Source: a virus (lineage: Duplodnaviria; Caudoviricetes). From it: 25,540 nucleotides of DNA. Position numbers and translations under genes: made by a program. Positions 1 to 7,145 of this stretch are shown here, one piece after another (position 1 is the stretch's first letter; every line of letters begins with the position of its first letter). The notes below the pieces were generated by a model. That model saw only the letters and a program-made list of their open reading frames with translations. It was not told the DNA's origin and made no database searches. The stretch is taken from the IMG/VR virus record IMGVR_UViG_3300037313_000084, positions 1-25,540 of that record. One strand, 5' to 3'.

Positions 1-216
1 GTAGCTCCCGTGTGATCGTCGACACACAGATCATGGTCGCGGGCTTGCCTCACAGCCATGACGCTGTCTATGTTGATGATCTCGCGCATAGCGCGACGCA
101 CCCGATCATCGATGCGTCGGCTCGGGCTCAGCGTTCGAGACGTCGCTGCTCGATCTGCGCTGTGTCACGCCCTGATGCGGGGGCCATGTAGTTACGAATC
201 GACGAAGAGGGGCTCG

Positions 217-528
217 ATGTATCGCATTGCACGGGGACGCGCCCGCCTCGCACTCGCACTCACCCGCCGACACTCACTCTCACTGCTGCTCTGGGTTGCC
301 GCCGTGCTGCTCTTGAGCTACGCGACCGCGATGGGCGTCGAGCAGCTACGCGCATGGGCCGTGCTGCTCGCGTTGCTCGCGACAACTGCTGCTGTCGCTG
401 ACATGTCGCGGCACATCATCAATCGACTGACGCAGATCATCGGGTACTTTCACGACAACGTGAGCCACGACAGCAGCCGCACGAGCCACGACACGGGCAC
501 TGTGCGACCCATCAGGAGGATCAGATGA
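217..528 (+). CDS. Hypothetical membrane protein (2 TM), first of five coupled ORFs
   Basis: ATG at 217 follows AAGAGGGG (SD-like), preferred over the track start at 58. Two hydrophobic segments (SLLLWVAAVLLLSYATAMG; AWAVLLALLATTAAVA). Stop overlaps the next ATG (ATGA). Confidence 0.6.
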   Translation: MYRIARGRARLALALTRRHSLSLLLWVAAVLLLSYATAMGVEQLRAWAVLLALLATTAAVADMSRHIINRLTQIIGYFHDNVSHDSSRTSHDTGTVRPIRRIR

Positions 529-956
529 TCAGCGACAAGTTCGGCGAGGTCACTGACACGATCGTCGATCGCTCGATCGCCAACGAGCGCAGCTTCGTCG
601 ACGACCCACAGCGCGCTCGCAAGCTGCTTCGTCGAGACATTGCGCTCGCCGTGCTCGCGCTCACTTCGATCATCGTCGCGAACGGCGCGATCGACATCGA
701 GCCGCTGCAAGGGCTCGCGACAGCGATCGTCGGCGCGTTCGTCGGCGTCGGGCTCTTTGTCGGCATGCAGCGCGCGACCGCATATCGCAGAGGCTGGCTC
801 GCCGGTCGCGGGCAGATGATCGGCTCGATGAGCGAAGCGTTCCACCGGGGCATGTCGCTCGATCAGTGGGTCCAAGCTGAGCTGACGCGCGACTTTGCCG
901 TCATGGGCATCGAGCCGAAACATCGACTCGACGACGACATCGACGGCGAGCAATGA
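525..956 (+). CDS. Hypothetical membrane protein (2 TM)
   Basis: Purine-rich AGGAGG upstream; ATGA overlaps at both ends; two hydrophobic segments (IALAVLALTSIIVANG; GLATAIVGAFVGVGLFVGM). Confidence 0.75.
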   Translation: MISDKFGEVTDTIVDRSIANERSFVDDPQRARKLLRRDIALAVLALTSIIVANGAIDIEPLQGLATAIVGAFVGVGLFVGMQRATAYRRGWLAGRGQMIGSMSEAFHRGMSLDQWVQAELTRDFAVMGIEPKHRLDDDIDGEQ

Positions 957-1180
957 GACGTCGAGACGATCAGCCCGAGCCGCCGAGCGGTGTGCGTGTG
1001 ATCGATCGCGACGGGCACGAGCACGCGTGCGACGTGCACTTCATCGGCGTCAACTTCGAAGGGCTCGCAGAGTGGGCAGTCGACGCGCCGATACCGTTCG
1101 AAGCGGTCATGAGCGCGCGCGTCGCAACGTTGCCGCCTCGCACATCGTTACTGTTCCCCGGCCCGATTGAGAACTCATGA
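953..1180 (+). CDS. Hypothetical protein
   Basis: 75 aa; ATGA overlaps on both sides; protein-like composition. Confidence 0.7.
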   Translation: MRRRDDQPEPPSGVRVIDRDGHEHACDVHFIGVNFEGLAEWAVDAPIPFEAVMSARVATLPPRTSLLFPGPIENS

Positions 1181-1407
1181 GCGAAACGACGATGCAGCTC
1201 GACGTCGACGACACGACACGTCGTCTGATCGAAATGCTGCGCGCAGCTCATCAAGACGAGCCAGAGCGTCCCGATCCCGGTCAGCACCCTGACGCTCTGC
1301 TCGAAGAGATCGCGCGCGCACACAGCGAGTGGTCGCGCACGATCGGCGCACTGCGCTACTTGATCGGCGCACGACTGACGAGCTTGTCGCTGTACGGCTC
1401 GCCATGA
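1177..1407 (+). CDS. Hypothetical protein
   Basis: 76 aa; ATGA overlaps on both sides. Confidence 0.6.
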   Translation: MSETTMQLDVDDTTRRLIEMLRAAHQDEPERPDPGQHPDALLEEIARAHSEWSRTIGALRYLIGARLTSLSLYGSP

Positions 1408-1712
1408 CTCGCTGGTACGACATGGACGGCAATGAGCTGCACGACATGGACGAAGTCGAGCGGCTGCTGATCAACGCAGATGCTCGTCGCATCGCATTCA
1501 CAGAGCTCGGCGACGTACGCGTCTCGACAATCCTGCTCGTGCTCGATCACAACTTCGGCCCCGGCCCACCGATGATCTTCGAGACGATGATCTTTGGTGG
1601 CGGCGAAGAGCTCGACGGCTGGTGCGAGCGCACGCCGAACAAGATCGCTGCTCTCGCTGCGCACGATCGAGCTGTTGCATACGTGCGCGAAGAGCTCAAG
1701 CAACACCATTGA
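1404..1712 (+). CDS. Conserved-looking phage hypothetical protein (VST-x-L-x-LDHNF...FETMIFGG type)
   Basis: Start moved to ATG 1404 (ATGA overlap). The motif VSTILLVLDHNFG..PMIFETMIFGG resembles, from memory, a recurrent phage hypothetical family. Confidence 0.75.
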   Translation: MTRWYDMDGNELHDMDEVERLLINADARRIAFTELGDVRVSTILLVLDHNFGPGPPMIFETMIFGGGEELDGWCERTPNKIAALAAHDRAVAYVREELKQHH

Positions 1713-1804
1713 TCGGGGAGTCACGGACTGGCGGACGTTGCGCACGTCGGCGGGCAACGTGTCGTGACCAGCGAGGATTGGTGGGCAGACCTCGCGCACA
1801 AAGC

Positions 1805-1853
1805 GAGACGCCCTCAGCTCGACGAGTCTGGGACTCGGGGCTGAGGGCGTCTC
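1805..1853. terminator. Probable bidirectional intrinsic terminator
   Basis: Perfect 14-bp inverted repeat GAGACGCCCTCAGC (1805-1818) / GCTGAGGGCGTCTC (1840-1853), plus inner CGAGTC/GACTCG stem, lying between convergent genes. Confidence 0.8.
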
Positions 1854-1893
1854 TGTGACTAGAGCTGCACGAGCTCTAGCGGCAGCATAGCTG

Positions 1894-2295
1894 CTAGCTC
1901 TGCTGTGCTGCCAGCTCGGCGCGCAGCTCGCGCAGCTCGTGACGCTGACGCTTGATCGTGCGGTGCTGACGCTTGATGCGGTGGTGCTGACGCTTCATCG
2001 TGCGCGTGTCGATGCGCCAGTCGAGCTTGATGAACGCAATGCGCTCGTGCAAGTCGGCAATCTGGTCGCGCTGCGTGTTGATCGTCGCGTACAGCCCATC
2101 GACAGTGTGCAGCAACATCGAGGCACCCTCGCGGTACTGCTGAATCTGCACGTTGAGCGGATCGATCCACGGGTCGCACACAGTCGGCGCGGGCTCGCTC
2201 GGCGGAATGCCGGGAGCCATTGTCGCGCTCGCGCTCGGCGCGAGGCCGAGCGTGAGCGTCAGAGCGAGAGCGATGCTGTAGAAAACGGCCTTCAT
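1894..2295 (-). CDS. Secreted coiled-coil protein with Sec signal peptide
   Basis: ATG at 2295 after GGGGGAATC. Signal peptide MKAVFYSIALALTLTLGLAPSASA, Pro-rich linker, then heptad repeats. Confidence 0.75.
   Translation of the reverse strand: MKAVFYSIALALTLTLGLAPSASATMAPGIPPSEPAPTVCDPWIDPLNVQIQQYREGASMLLHTVDGLYATINTQRDQIADLHERIAFIKLDWRIDTRTMKRQHHRIKRQHRTIKRQRHELRELRAELAAQQS
1944..2006. repeat. Three imperfect 21-bp tandem repeats encoding heptads (KRQHHRI/KRQHRTI/KRQRHEL)
   Basis: GCTGACGCTT(G/C)AT recurs at 1944, 1965 and 1986. A 9-bp GCGCAGCTC duplication is adjacent at 1921-1938. Confidence 0.85.
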
Positions 2296-2357
2296 GATTC
2301 CCCCAAATGAGTGAGTGAGTTGTGTATACGGAGAGTACGTGAGCGAGCGCACTGCTG

Positions 2358-3851
2358 TCAGAGCTTCCACTCGGGCTGCAAGCGGTCGGTGTCGAAGCGG
2401 CAGCCGCCGCGCGTCTTCGACGCCTCGACGCGAATCGTCACGAACAGATCGCGCAGCAGCGCGCGACGCTGTGAGAGATTGAGCTGCTCCCAGCGCTCGC
2501 GCATGTCGCTCGCGTCTTCGATGAGCGTCAGCGCGTTCGTCTTCGTCGCACGTGAGAGCGCTGAACGATTGACATGCAGGCGCTCATTGACGATCTCGCG
2601 AGCTGCGGCCCACTCGGCGCGCGTGATCTCGCCCTCTTGCCGATCAGTCATCAAGTCGATCAGCTCTTGCTCATCCTTCGTGATCGCGGCAGTCAGCTTG
2701 CGCACGTCGCTCGCGCTGATCGACTCGTCGTGACGAGCTGCGAGACGCTTGAGCAGCGTCGAGCGCGGCTGTGACAGAAACTCGATGACGAGCTCTTCGA
2801 CGTGCTGCTCAGCGCCACTTGCAGACACGCTGAGTCGCCCGCATCCCGCGACCTTGCTCGTCGGGCGATTCGGGTCACAGCGATAGTTGCGACGCCCGCC
2901 GCGATCGACGCCAGCAGACATTGGGTTGCCGCAGATCGAGCACGACAGAACGCTGCTCAGCAAATGACGAGCTGTCGCGCTCTTCGATTGCGCACGATCT
3001 GACGATGAGAACAAGCGACGCAGCTTGTCGCTCGTCTCGACGTCGATGATCGACTCCCAGAGCCCATCGGCGACGATCTCGCCGAGCTTGCTGCCTTCGC
3101 GACCGACTTCGCGTCGCCCGCTGATGCGAGCTGACGTCAGCACGAGACGCAGAGCAGTGCGCGACCAGCGACCGCCCGTCGACGTCTTCACGCCGTCGCG
3201 ATTCCACTCACTGACGATCGAGTTGAGCGACTCGCCCGCAAGCACGCGCTTTGCAGCGAGTCGAATGAGCTCAGCTTCGTCAGGCTTCGTCGCGACGCGA
3301 TCGAAGTCGTACCCGAACGGACGTGGCCCGCCCGACCACGGCTTGCCATTTCGTGCAGCTTCATCGCTCGCTGCGCGCTGACGCTCTGACTTGTGCTCGA
3401 TCTCCTGACGAGCAGCAGCGCCAACGATGCGCGCGACGAGTCGACCTGTCGGCGTCGAGAGATCGACTTCGCCGGTCACGGTGCCGAGCTGTAGCCCGTG
3501 CTGTTCAGCCATGCTGATGACGTGCTCAAGCTCAGCGGGCTTGCGCGTCAGCCTGTCGACGTGCCAGCAGACGATCGCGTCTATCTTGCCCGCTTCGATG
3601 TCAGCAAGCATGCGCAGATATTCGGGGCGCGGCTTTCGACTCGTCGCGCTGACGTCATTGTCGCTGTAGACCTCGACGACGTTCCAGCCGTCGCGATGAG
3701 CTGCGATCCACTCGCGGCAGAGTCGCTCTTGACGCTTCGTCTTCATGCCCGCGCCAGTGCGGTCCTGACTGATGCGCACATAGATCGCGACGCGGGTCGT
3801 GGTTGCGTGTTTCCTGATGAGAGCTCGTGAGCTCGATGCTGTTCTAGTCAT
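2358..3851 (-). CDS. int: Large serine integrase (resolvase + recombinase + zinc-ribbon + coiled-coil domains)
   Basis: AIYVRISQD catalytic serine motif; VYSDNDVSA; RPEYLRML; VDRLTR; GGPRPFGY; LLSSVLSCSICGNPM...YRC...C zinc ribbon. Start is 3851 (leaderless, preferred) or 3863. Confidence 0.97.
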   Translation of the reverse strand: MTRTASSSRALIRKHATTTRVAIYVRISQDRTGAGMKTKRQERLCREWIAAHRDGWNVVEVYSDNDVSATSRKPRPEYLRMLADIEAGKIDAIVCWHVDRLTRKPAELEHVISMAEQHGLQLGTVTGEVDLSTPTGRLVARIVGAAARQEIEHKSERQRAASDEAARNGKPWSGGPRPFGYDFDRVATKPDEAELIRLAAKRVLAGESLNSIVSEWNRDGVKTSTGGRWSRTALRLVLTSARISGRREVGREGSKLGEIVADGLWESIIDVETSDKLRRLFSSSDRAQSKSATARHLLSSVLSCSICGNPMSAGVDRGGRRNYRCDPNRPTSKVAGCGRLSVSASGAEQHVEELVIEFLSQPRSTLLKRLAARHDESISASDVRKLTAAITKDEQELIDLMTDRQEGEITRAEWAAAREIVNERLHVNRSALSRATKTNALTLIEDASDMRERWEQLNLSQRRALLRDLFVTIRVEASKTRGGCRFDTDRLQPEWKL

Positions 3852-3858
3852 GCTCACG

Positions 3859-3888
3859 ATCATACGTCAGAACGACGTCATAAGTGAA
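3859..3888 (-). promoter_or_regulatory. Putative sigma-A promoter for a leaderless int transcript
   Basis: Minus strand reads TTCACT-N18-TATGAT-N7-ATG(3851); no SD sequence upstream of int. Confidence 0.55.
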
Positions 3889-3924
3889 AGGTCGCGAGGG
3901 CCACGTTTCGATAATGACGTCGTT
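3871..3924. other. Candidate attP site of the serine integrase
   Basis: 54-bp dyad: perfect AACGACGTCAT (3871-3881) / ATGACGTCGTT (3914-3924), plus GAAA/TTTC (3886-3889/3906-3909) and further inner matches; centre dinucleotide AG at 3897-3898; directly upstream of int. Confidence 0.7.
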
Positions 3925-4124
3925 ACTCTGTGAGCGTGACGGACGCTCAGCGCGAGCTCGACGTCAGCACGTCGACCATATCGATATGCGACGCGTCGGG
4001 ACTAGCTCTCCCACTCGCTGGCTTTCGTCTGCTTGAATGCTGCATGCGCTCATGATCGCGTGCATAGACTCGCGATCGAGCGTGCTTGCACTGCACACTC
4101 GGGTAACTAGTGGAAGGCAATCGA

Positions 4125-4517
4125 ATGGCACGAAACTCGGCAGCTCTGCGCGTCGTTCAAGCAGAGCTAGAAGAGCCGACCGGCGATATCTCGCTGACGC
4201 GTGAAGCGATGAGCGGCTGGCGAGAAGGGCAGCGGCGCTGTCGAGCTCGCAAGCGGCACAACTGGGGTCCGCACACTGTCTTGGAGTACCGCTACCACTA
4301 TGAAGTCGTCGAGCAGTGCACGCACTGCCGCAATCGACGCAAGGCGGATTTCTCGAAGACGGGGCGCAAGCTGACTGCGTGGAAGGCTGACTATCGAGAG
4401 GGCTACTTGCTCCCGAAGGGCGCGCAGCGAATCGTCGACGAGCTGCAAGACGAGCTCTGGCTGGGCGACATTCTCAGTCGACGCATCGTCGAGGCTCCCG
4501 ACCCAGAAGATGAGTGA
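4125..4517 (+). CDS. Hypothetical basic protein with putative Zn-binding motif (C-x5-H...CxxC)
   Basis: GGAAGG SD before ATG 4125; CRARKRHNW...CTHC; overlaps the next ORF by 8 bp. Confidence 0.75.
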   Translation: MARNSAALRVVQAELEEPTGDISLTREAMSGWREGQRRCRARKRHNWGPHTVLEYRYHYEVVEQCTHCRNRRKADFSKTGRKLTAWKADYREGYLLPKGAQRIVDELQDELWLGDILSRRIVEAPDPEDE

Positions 4518-4779
4518 TGAGATCGAATGGGAAGATCCGCCCGATGCGATTCTCAATCGCGAGCGTCGAGGGAAGTATGACGACTTCGCTGACGCGCTGC
4601 GTGAGCGCCCTCAGCAGTGGGCAGTCGCTCCCTTCGAACGCACCATCAAGGGCGCTGATTCGCTCGTGAACAGCATTCGTCACGGCAAGATGCGGACGTT
4701 CCCCAAAGGCGAGTTCGAAGCAGTATGCGATCGTCATACAGGCAAGGTGTGGGTTCGCTACATCAAACGAGAAGCGTGA
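4510..4779 (+). CDS. Actinophage hypothetical protein, possibly DNA-binding
   Basis: 89 aa; pattern WEDPP...KY...ALRERPQQWA...GEFEA...VWVRY resembles recurrent small actinophage proteins. Confidence 0.75.
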   Translation: MSDEIEWEDPPDAILNRERRGKYDDFADALRERPQQWAVAPFERTIKGADSLVNSIRHGKMRTFPKGEFEAVCDRHTGKVWVRYIKREA

Positions 4780-4809
4780 CTAGAGAAGCAACGAGAGGAA
4801 GAGATCATC

Positions 4810-5319
4810 ATGGCAAGAGAGATCATCGCGTGGTGCGACGCGCACCTGATGAACGACCCTGACGAGCGCGTGCAGGGCGCGCAGTACGTCTTCGCAATCA
4901 ACGGTGTCGAGCGCTCGATCGACATGTGCGACGACTGCTTCAAAGAGCTTGTCGAGCCGCTGCGCTCGCTGCTCGACGACGCAGGCCAGCGAGTGCACGA
5001 CGTTGCTCGTTTCAAGCCGAGTTCTGAGAAAAAGATCGAGTGCCCGATGCCGGGGTGCGTCAAGCGCTACTCGAATCGTGAGGGCTTGCGCAAGCATCTG
5101 AACAAGTTCCACGACATGACGCTGACCGAAGTCGAAGCACAGCTCAACTCAGAAGCGGGTGCACAAGCGCTCAGCGACACTCTCGGCACCGGCCCCTATG
5201 CGTGTCCCGAAGACGACTGCTCGCGCAGCTTCGAGACGCCGCAAGGTCTCGGCGCGCATCGCAGTCGCGCGCACGGCTACGTCAGCCCGCACACGAACGG
5301 CGGCAAGAAGGCGAGCTGA
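4810..5319 (+). CDS. Lsr2-like N-terminal domain fused to two C2H2 zinc fingers; putative regulator
   Basis: Purine-rich GAGAGGAAG upstream. FAINGVERSIDM..L...L....AGQRV parallels Lsr2 FGLDGVTYEIDL..L...L...AGRRV. Two C-x4-C-x3-[YF]-x5-L-x2-H-x4-H motifs at 5041-5112 and 5203-5274. Confidence 0.8.
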   Translation: MAREIIAWCDAHLMNDPDERVQGAQYVFAINGVERSIDMCDDCFKELVEPLRSLLDDAGQRVHDVARFKPSSEKKIECPMPGCVKRYSNREGLRKHLNKFHDMTLTEVEAQLNSEAGAQALSDTLGTGPYACPEDDCSRSFETPQGLGAHRSRAHGYVSPHTNGGKKAS

Positions 5320-5325
5320 CACACG

Positions 5326-5365
5326 AAAGAGCCCCTCGCAGTCTCATGACTGCGAGGGGCTCTCT
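5326..5365. terminator. Bidirectional intrinsic terminator
   Basis: Perfect 16-bp stem AGAGCCCCTCGCAGTC (5328-5343) / GACTGCGAGGGGCTCT (5348-5363), 4-nt loop, between the convergent zinc-finger gene and holin. Confidence 0.88.
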
Positions 5366-5423
5366 CTATGTGCAGATGATCTGTGCGCGCGTCAGCGACG
5401 AACCTCGCGCGTCGTGCGAGCTC

Positions 5424-5627
5424 TCAGAGCGTGTCGTCGCTCGTCTGATTCGGCACGATGTACGTCGTCAGTCCTGCGACGACAGCACTCGCGATGACGA
5501 TGAGCCACTGCACGAGCCCCATGTCATCGACGTCTGTGCGTCCCTGCACTGTCGCGATGAACGACATCAGTGCAGAGATGATCGCGGCAACGTATGCCTT
5601 GTGTGCAGTCTGCTTCTGAGCAGCCAT
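5424..5627 (-). CDS. Holin (2 TM)
   Basis: 67 aa; KAYVAAIISAL...WLIVIASAVVAGLTTYIVPN; directly after the endolysin; GGAG SD. Confidence 0.8.
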   Translation of the reverse strand: MAAQKQTAHKAYVAAIISALMSFIATVQGRTDVDDMGLVQWLIVIASAVVAGLTTYIVPNQTSDDTL

Positions 5628-5642
5628 GTCACGCGCTCCTAT

Positions 5643-6431
5643 CTATCTCAACGGCAGTCGCTTGCGCTGCTTGCGCAGCTCGTCGCGCACGTCTTTGACG
5701 ACGCCTTCGCGACCGTCCTTGACTGCTGCGTCGAGCAGCTCGATCGCGTCCTTGAGCAGTGCGCGAGCTCGACTCACTCGCGTCGGCTTCTGCGTCGTCG
5801 TGCTCACAGTCGTCGGCCCCTTTCGCAGTGTCGCTGCGACGTCAGCTCGAAAGAGCTTCATGTCGACGTGACCGGGATCGCTCTTGAAGTCAGACCACTC
5901 CTTGTGGCCGATCACGCTCTTTGCTGACCAGCCGTGAAAGTCGCAGAGCGCAGCAGCAAGCAGCACGAGCGACGCGCGCGCTTTCGACGTCGGCTCTTTG
6001 TTGCCTGAGTAGAACGTCTCAACGCCGTAGAAATGCGAGTTCCCGTCGACAGCACCTGATGAGCCGGTGTGCTCGTGCGTCACGGGCGGAAAGTCGCCGT
6101 AGCTCTCAGCTCGCACAGCGTCGAGCACGCGCGGATCGCCGCCGCCTGCGTGGTTCGCTCGACCGTTGCCGACGACATAGATCATGCCGACGTCGTCGCA
6201 GCCGAACTGCGCGAGTGGGCCGGGAAGTCCGCTGCGACCGTTGATGATCACTGAGAGATCAACATTGTCAGGCGCATCGTCTCCGGTGTGGTGCACGACG
6301 AAGCCGTTGACGTTGTCGAACGGGCCATGTCCCGCTCTGTTGCGTGTCTCCCAGCCGGGGACGACGACGTGCGGCACGCGCCATTTCTTGAGCTGCGCAA
6401 GCGTCTGCGCAGGCGTGATCGGCTTGCTCAT
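5643..6431 (-). CDS. Endolysin, N-acetylmuramoyl-L-alanine amidase (Amidase_2)
   Basis: GWETR, VVHHTG, RANHAG, GVE, VIGHKEW and KSDPG zinc-amidase motifs; start at 6431 by ATGA overlap. Confidence 0.93.
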   Translation of the reverse strand: MSKPITPAQTLAQLKKWRVPHVVVPGWETRNRAGHGPFDNVNGFVVHHTGDDAPDNVDLSVIINGRSGLPGPLAQFGCDDVGMIYVVGNGRANHAGGGDPRVLDAVRAESYGDFPPVTHEHTGSSGAVDGNSHFYGVETFYSGNKEPTSKARASLVLLAAALCDFHGWSAKSVIGHKEWSDFKSDPGHVDMKLFRADVAATLRKGPTTVSTTTQKPTRVSRARALLKDAIELLDAAVKDGREGVVKDVRDELRKQRKRLPLR

Positions 6432-6925
6432 CTGCACTCTCCACTCGGCAGCTCAGGCAGAGGGTTCTGCTTGCGCTCACGTTCGTTGCGCTCAGTCGTC
6501 TTGACCCACGCTTCGAACGTGCGCAGTCGCTGCTTTGCGTCTTCGTTGCGCTGCCGATACAGCGCGAGCAGCATGTCTTGCAGTGCCTTGCGATCTTGAT
6601 CACCGAGCTTCGAGCGCAATGTGACGACTTCTGCAAACTCATGATTGAAGTCGGCCTGACACGCGGTCACGTCATTCAAATGATGTGTCGTGCGCGTGTT
6701 CTGAACGACAGTGAAGATCGCGAGCAGCAGCACGACAATGCCGATAATGCGCGTCGCGTTCTGCGTCGTCAGCCGATGCCCGTGCCATGCGACGAACGTG
6801 CTGTTAGGCATCGCTTCCTCCTGCTGCTGTAAGCGACGAGACGCTGAGGCGACCCACCAGCCGATGACGAAGCCGATCACTGACCACGTGATCGAGTTGA
6901 CGAAGTAGAAAAGAGCGTCATTCAC
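6428..6925 (-). CDS. Lysis-cassette membrane protein (2 TM plus Cys-containing extracytoplasmic domain)
   Basis: TM segments ITWSVIGFVIGWWVA and IIGIVVLLLAIFTVV; GTGA/ATGA overlaps; directly upstream of the endolysin. Confidence 0.75.
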   Translation of the reverse strand: MNDALFYFVNSITWSVIGFVIGWWVASASRRLQQQEEAMPNSTFVAWHGHRLTTQNATRIIGIVVLLLAIFTVVQNTRTTHHLNDVTACQADFNHEFAEVVTLRSKLGDQDRKALQDMLLALYRQRNEDAKQRLRTFEAWVKTTERNERERKQNPLPELPSGECR

Positions 6926-7128
6926 GAGCTATCACCGTCTCGTCGATCGTCGTGACGCGAGTCGTTGCGAGCACCGATCGCGAGCAGACCACCGACGATT
7001 GACATGAAGACGGCATGGATCGTCGGGTCAGGGTCGTAATCGGGCATGAAGAGCCCCGCTGCGAAGTTGACTGCCCAGACTGTTGTAACGACGGCAATGA
7101 TGATGTTGCGCACGCGCTCGCTGGGCAT
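6922..7128 (-). CDS. Small membrane protein (2 TM), holin-like/lysis accessory
   Basis: 68 aa; IIIAVVTTVWAVNFAAGLF and IHAVFMSIVGGLLAIGA; charged C-terminus. Confidence 0.75.
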   Translation of the reverse strand: MPSERVRNIIIAVVTTVWAVNFAAGLFMPDYDPDPTIHAVFMSIVGGLLAIGARNDSRHDDRRDGDSS

Positions 7129-7145
7129 TTCGACTCACGCACCCC

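Noticed and set aside
1-160. Minus-strand open frame running off the left edge (…MREIINIDSVMAVRQARDHDL…)
   Set aside because: Could be the start of a divergent gene, but it is truncated with no clear RBS or motif.
462-493. GAGCCACGACA direct repeat at 21-bp spacing
   Set aside because: Only two copies, in a coding low-complexity tail; not an operator array or CRISPR.
4030-4110. Promoter for the plus-strand three-gene cassette (TTGAAT, TTGCAC, TAGACT, TAACTA hexamers)
   Set aside because: No -35/-10 pair with convincing spacing, so no specific promoter is called.
5202-5927. 241-aa plus-strand ORF crossing the terminator, holin and endolysin
   Set aside because: Runs through a strong terminator and overlaps better-supported genes; non-protein-like composition.
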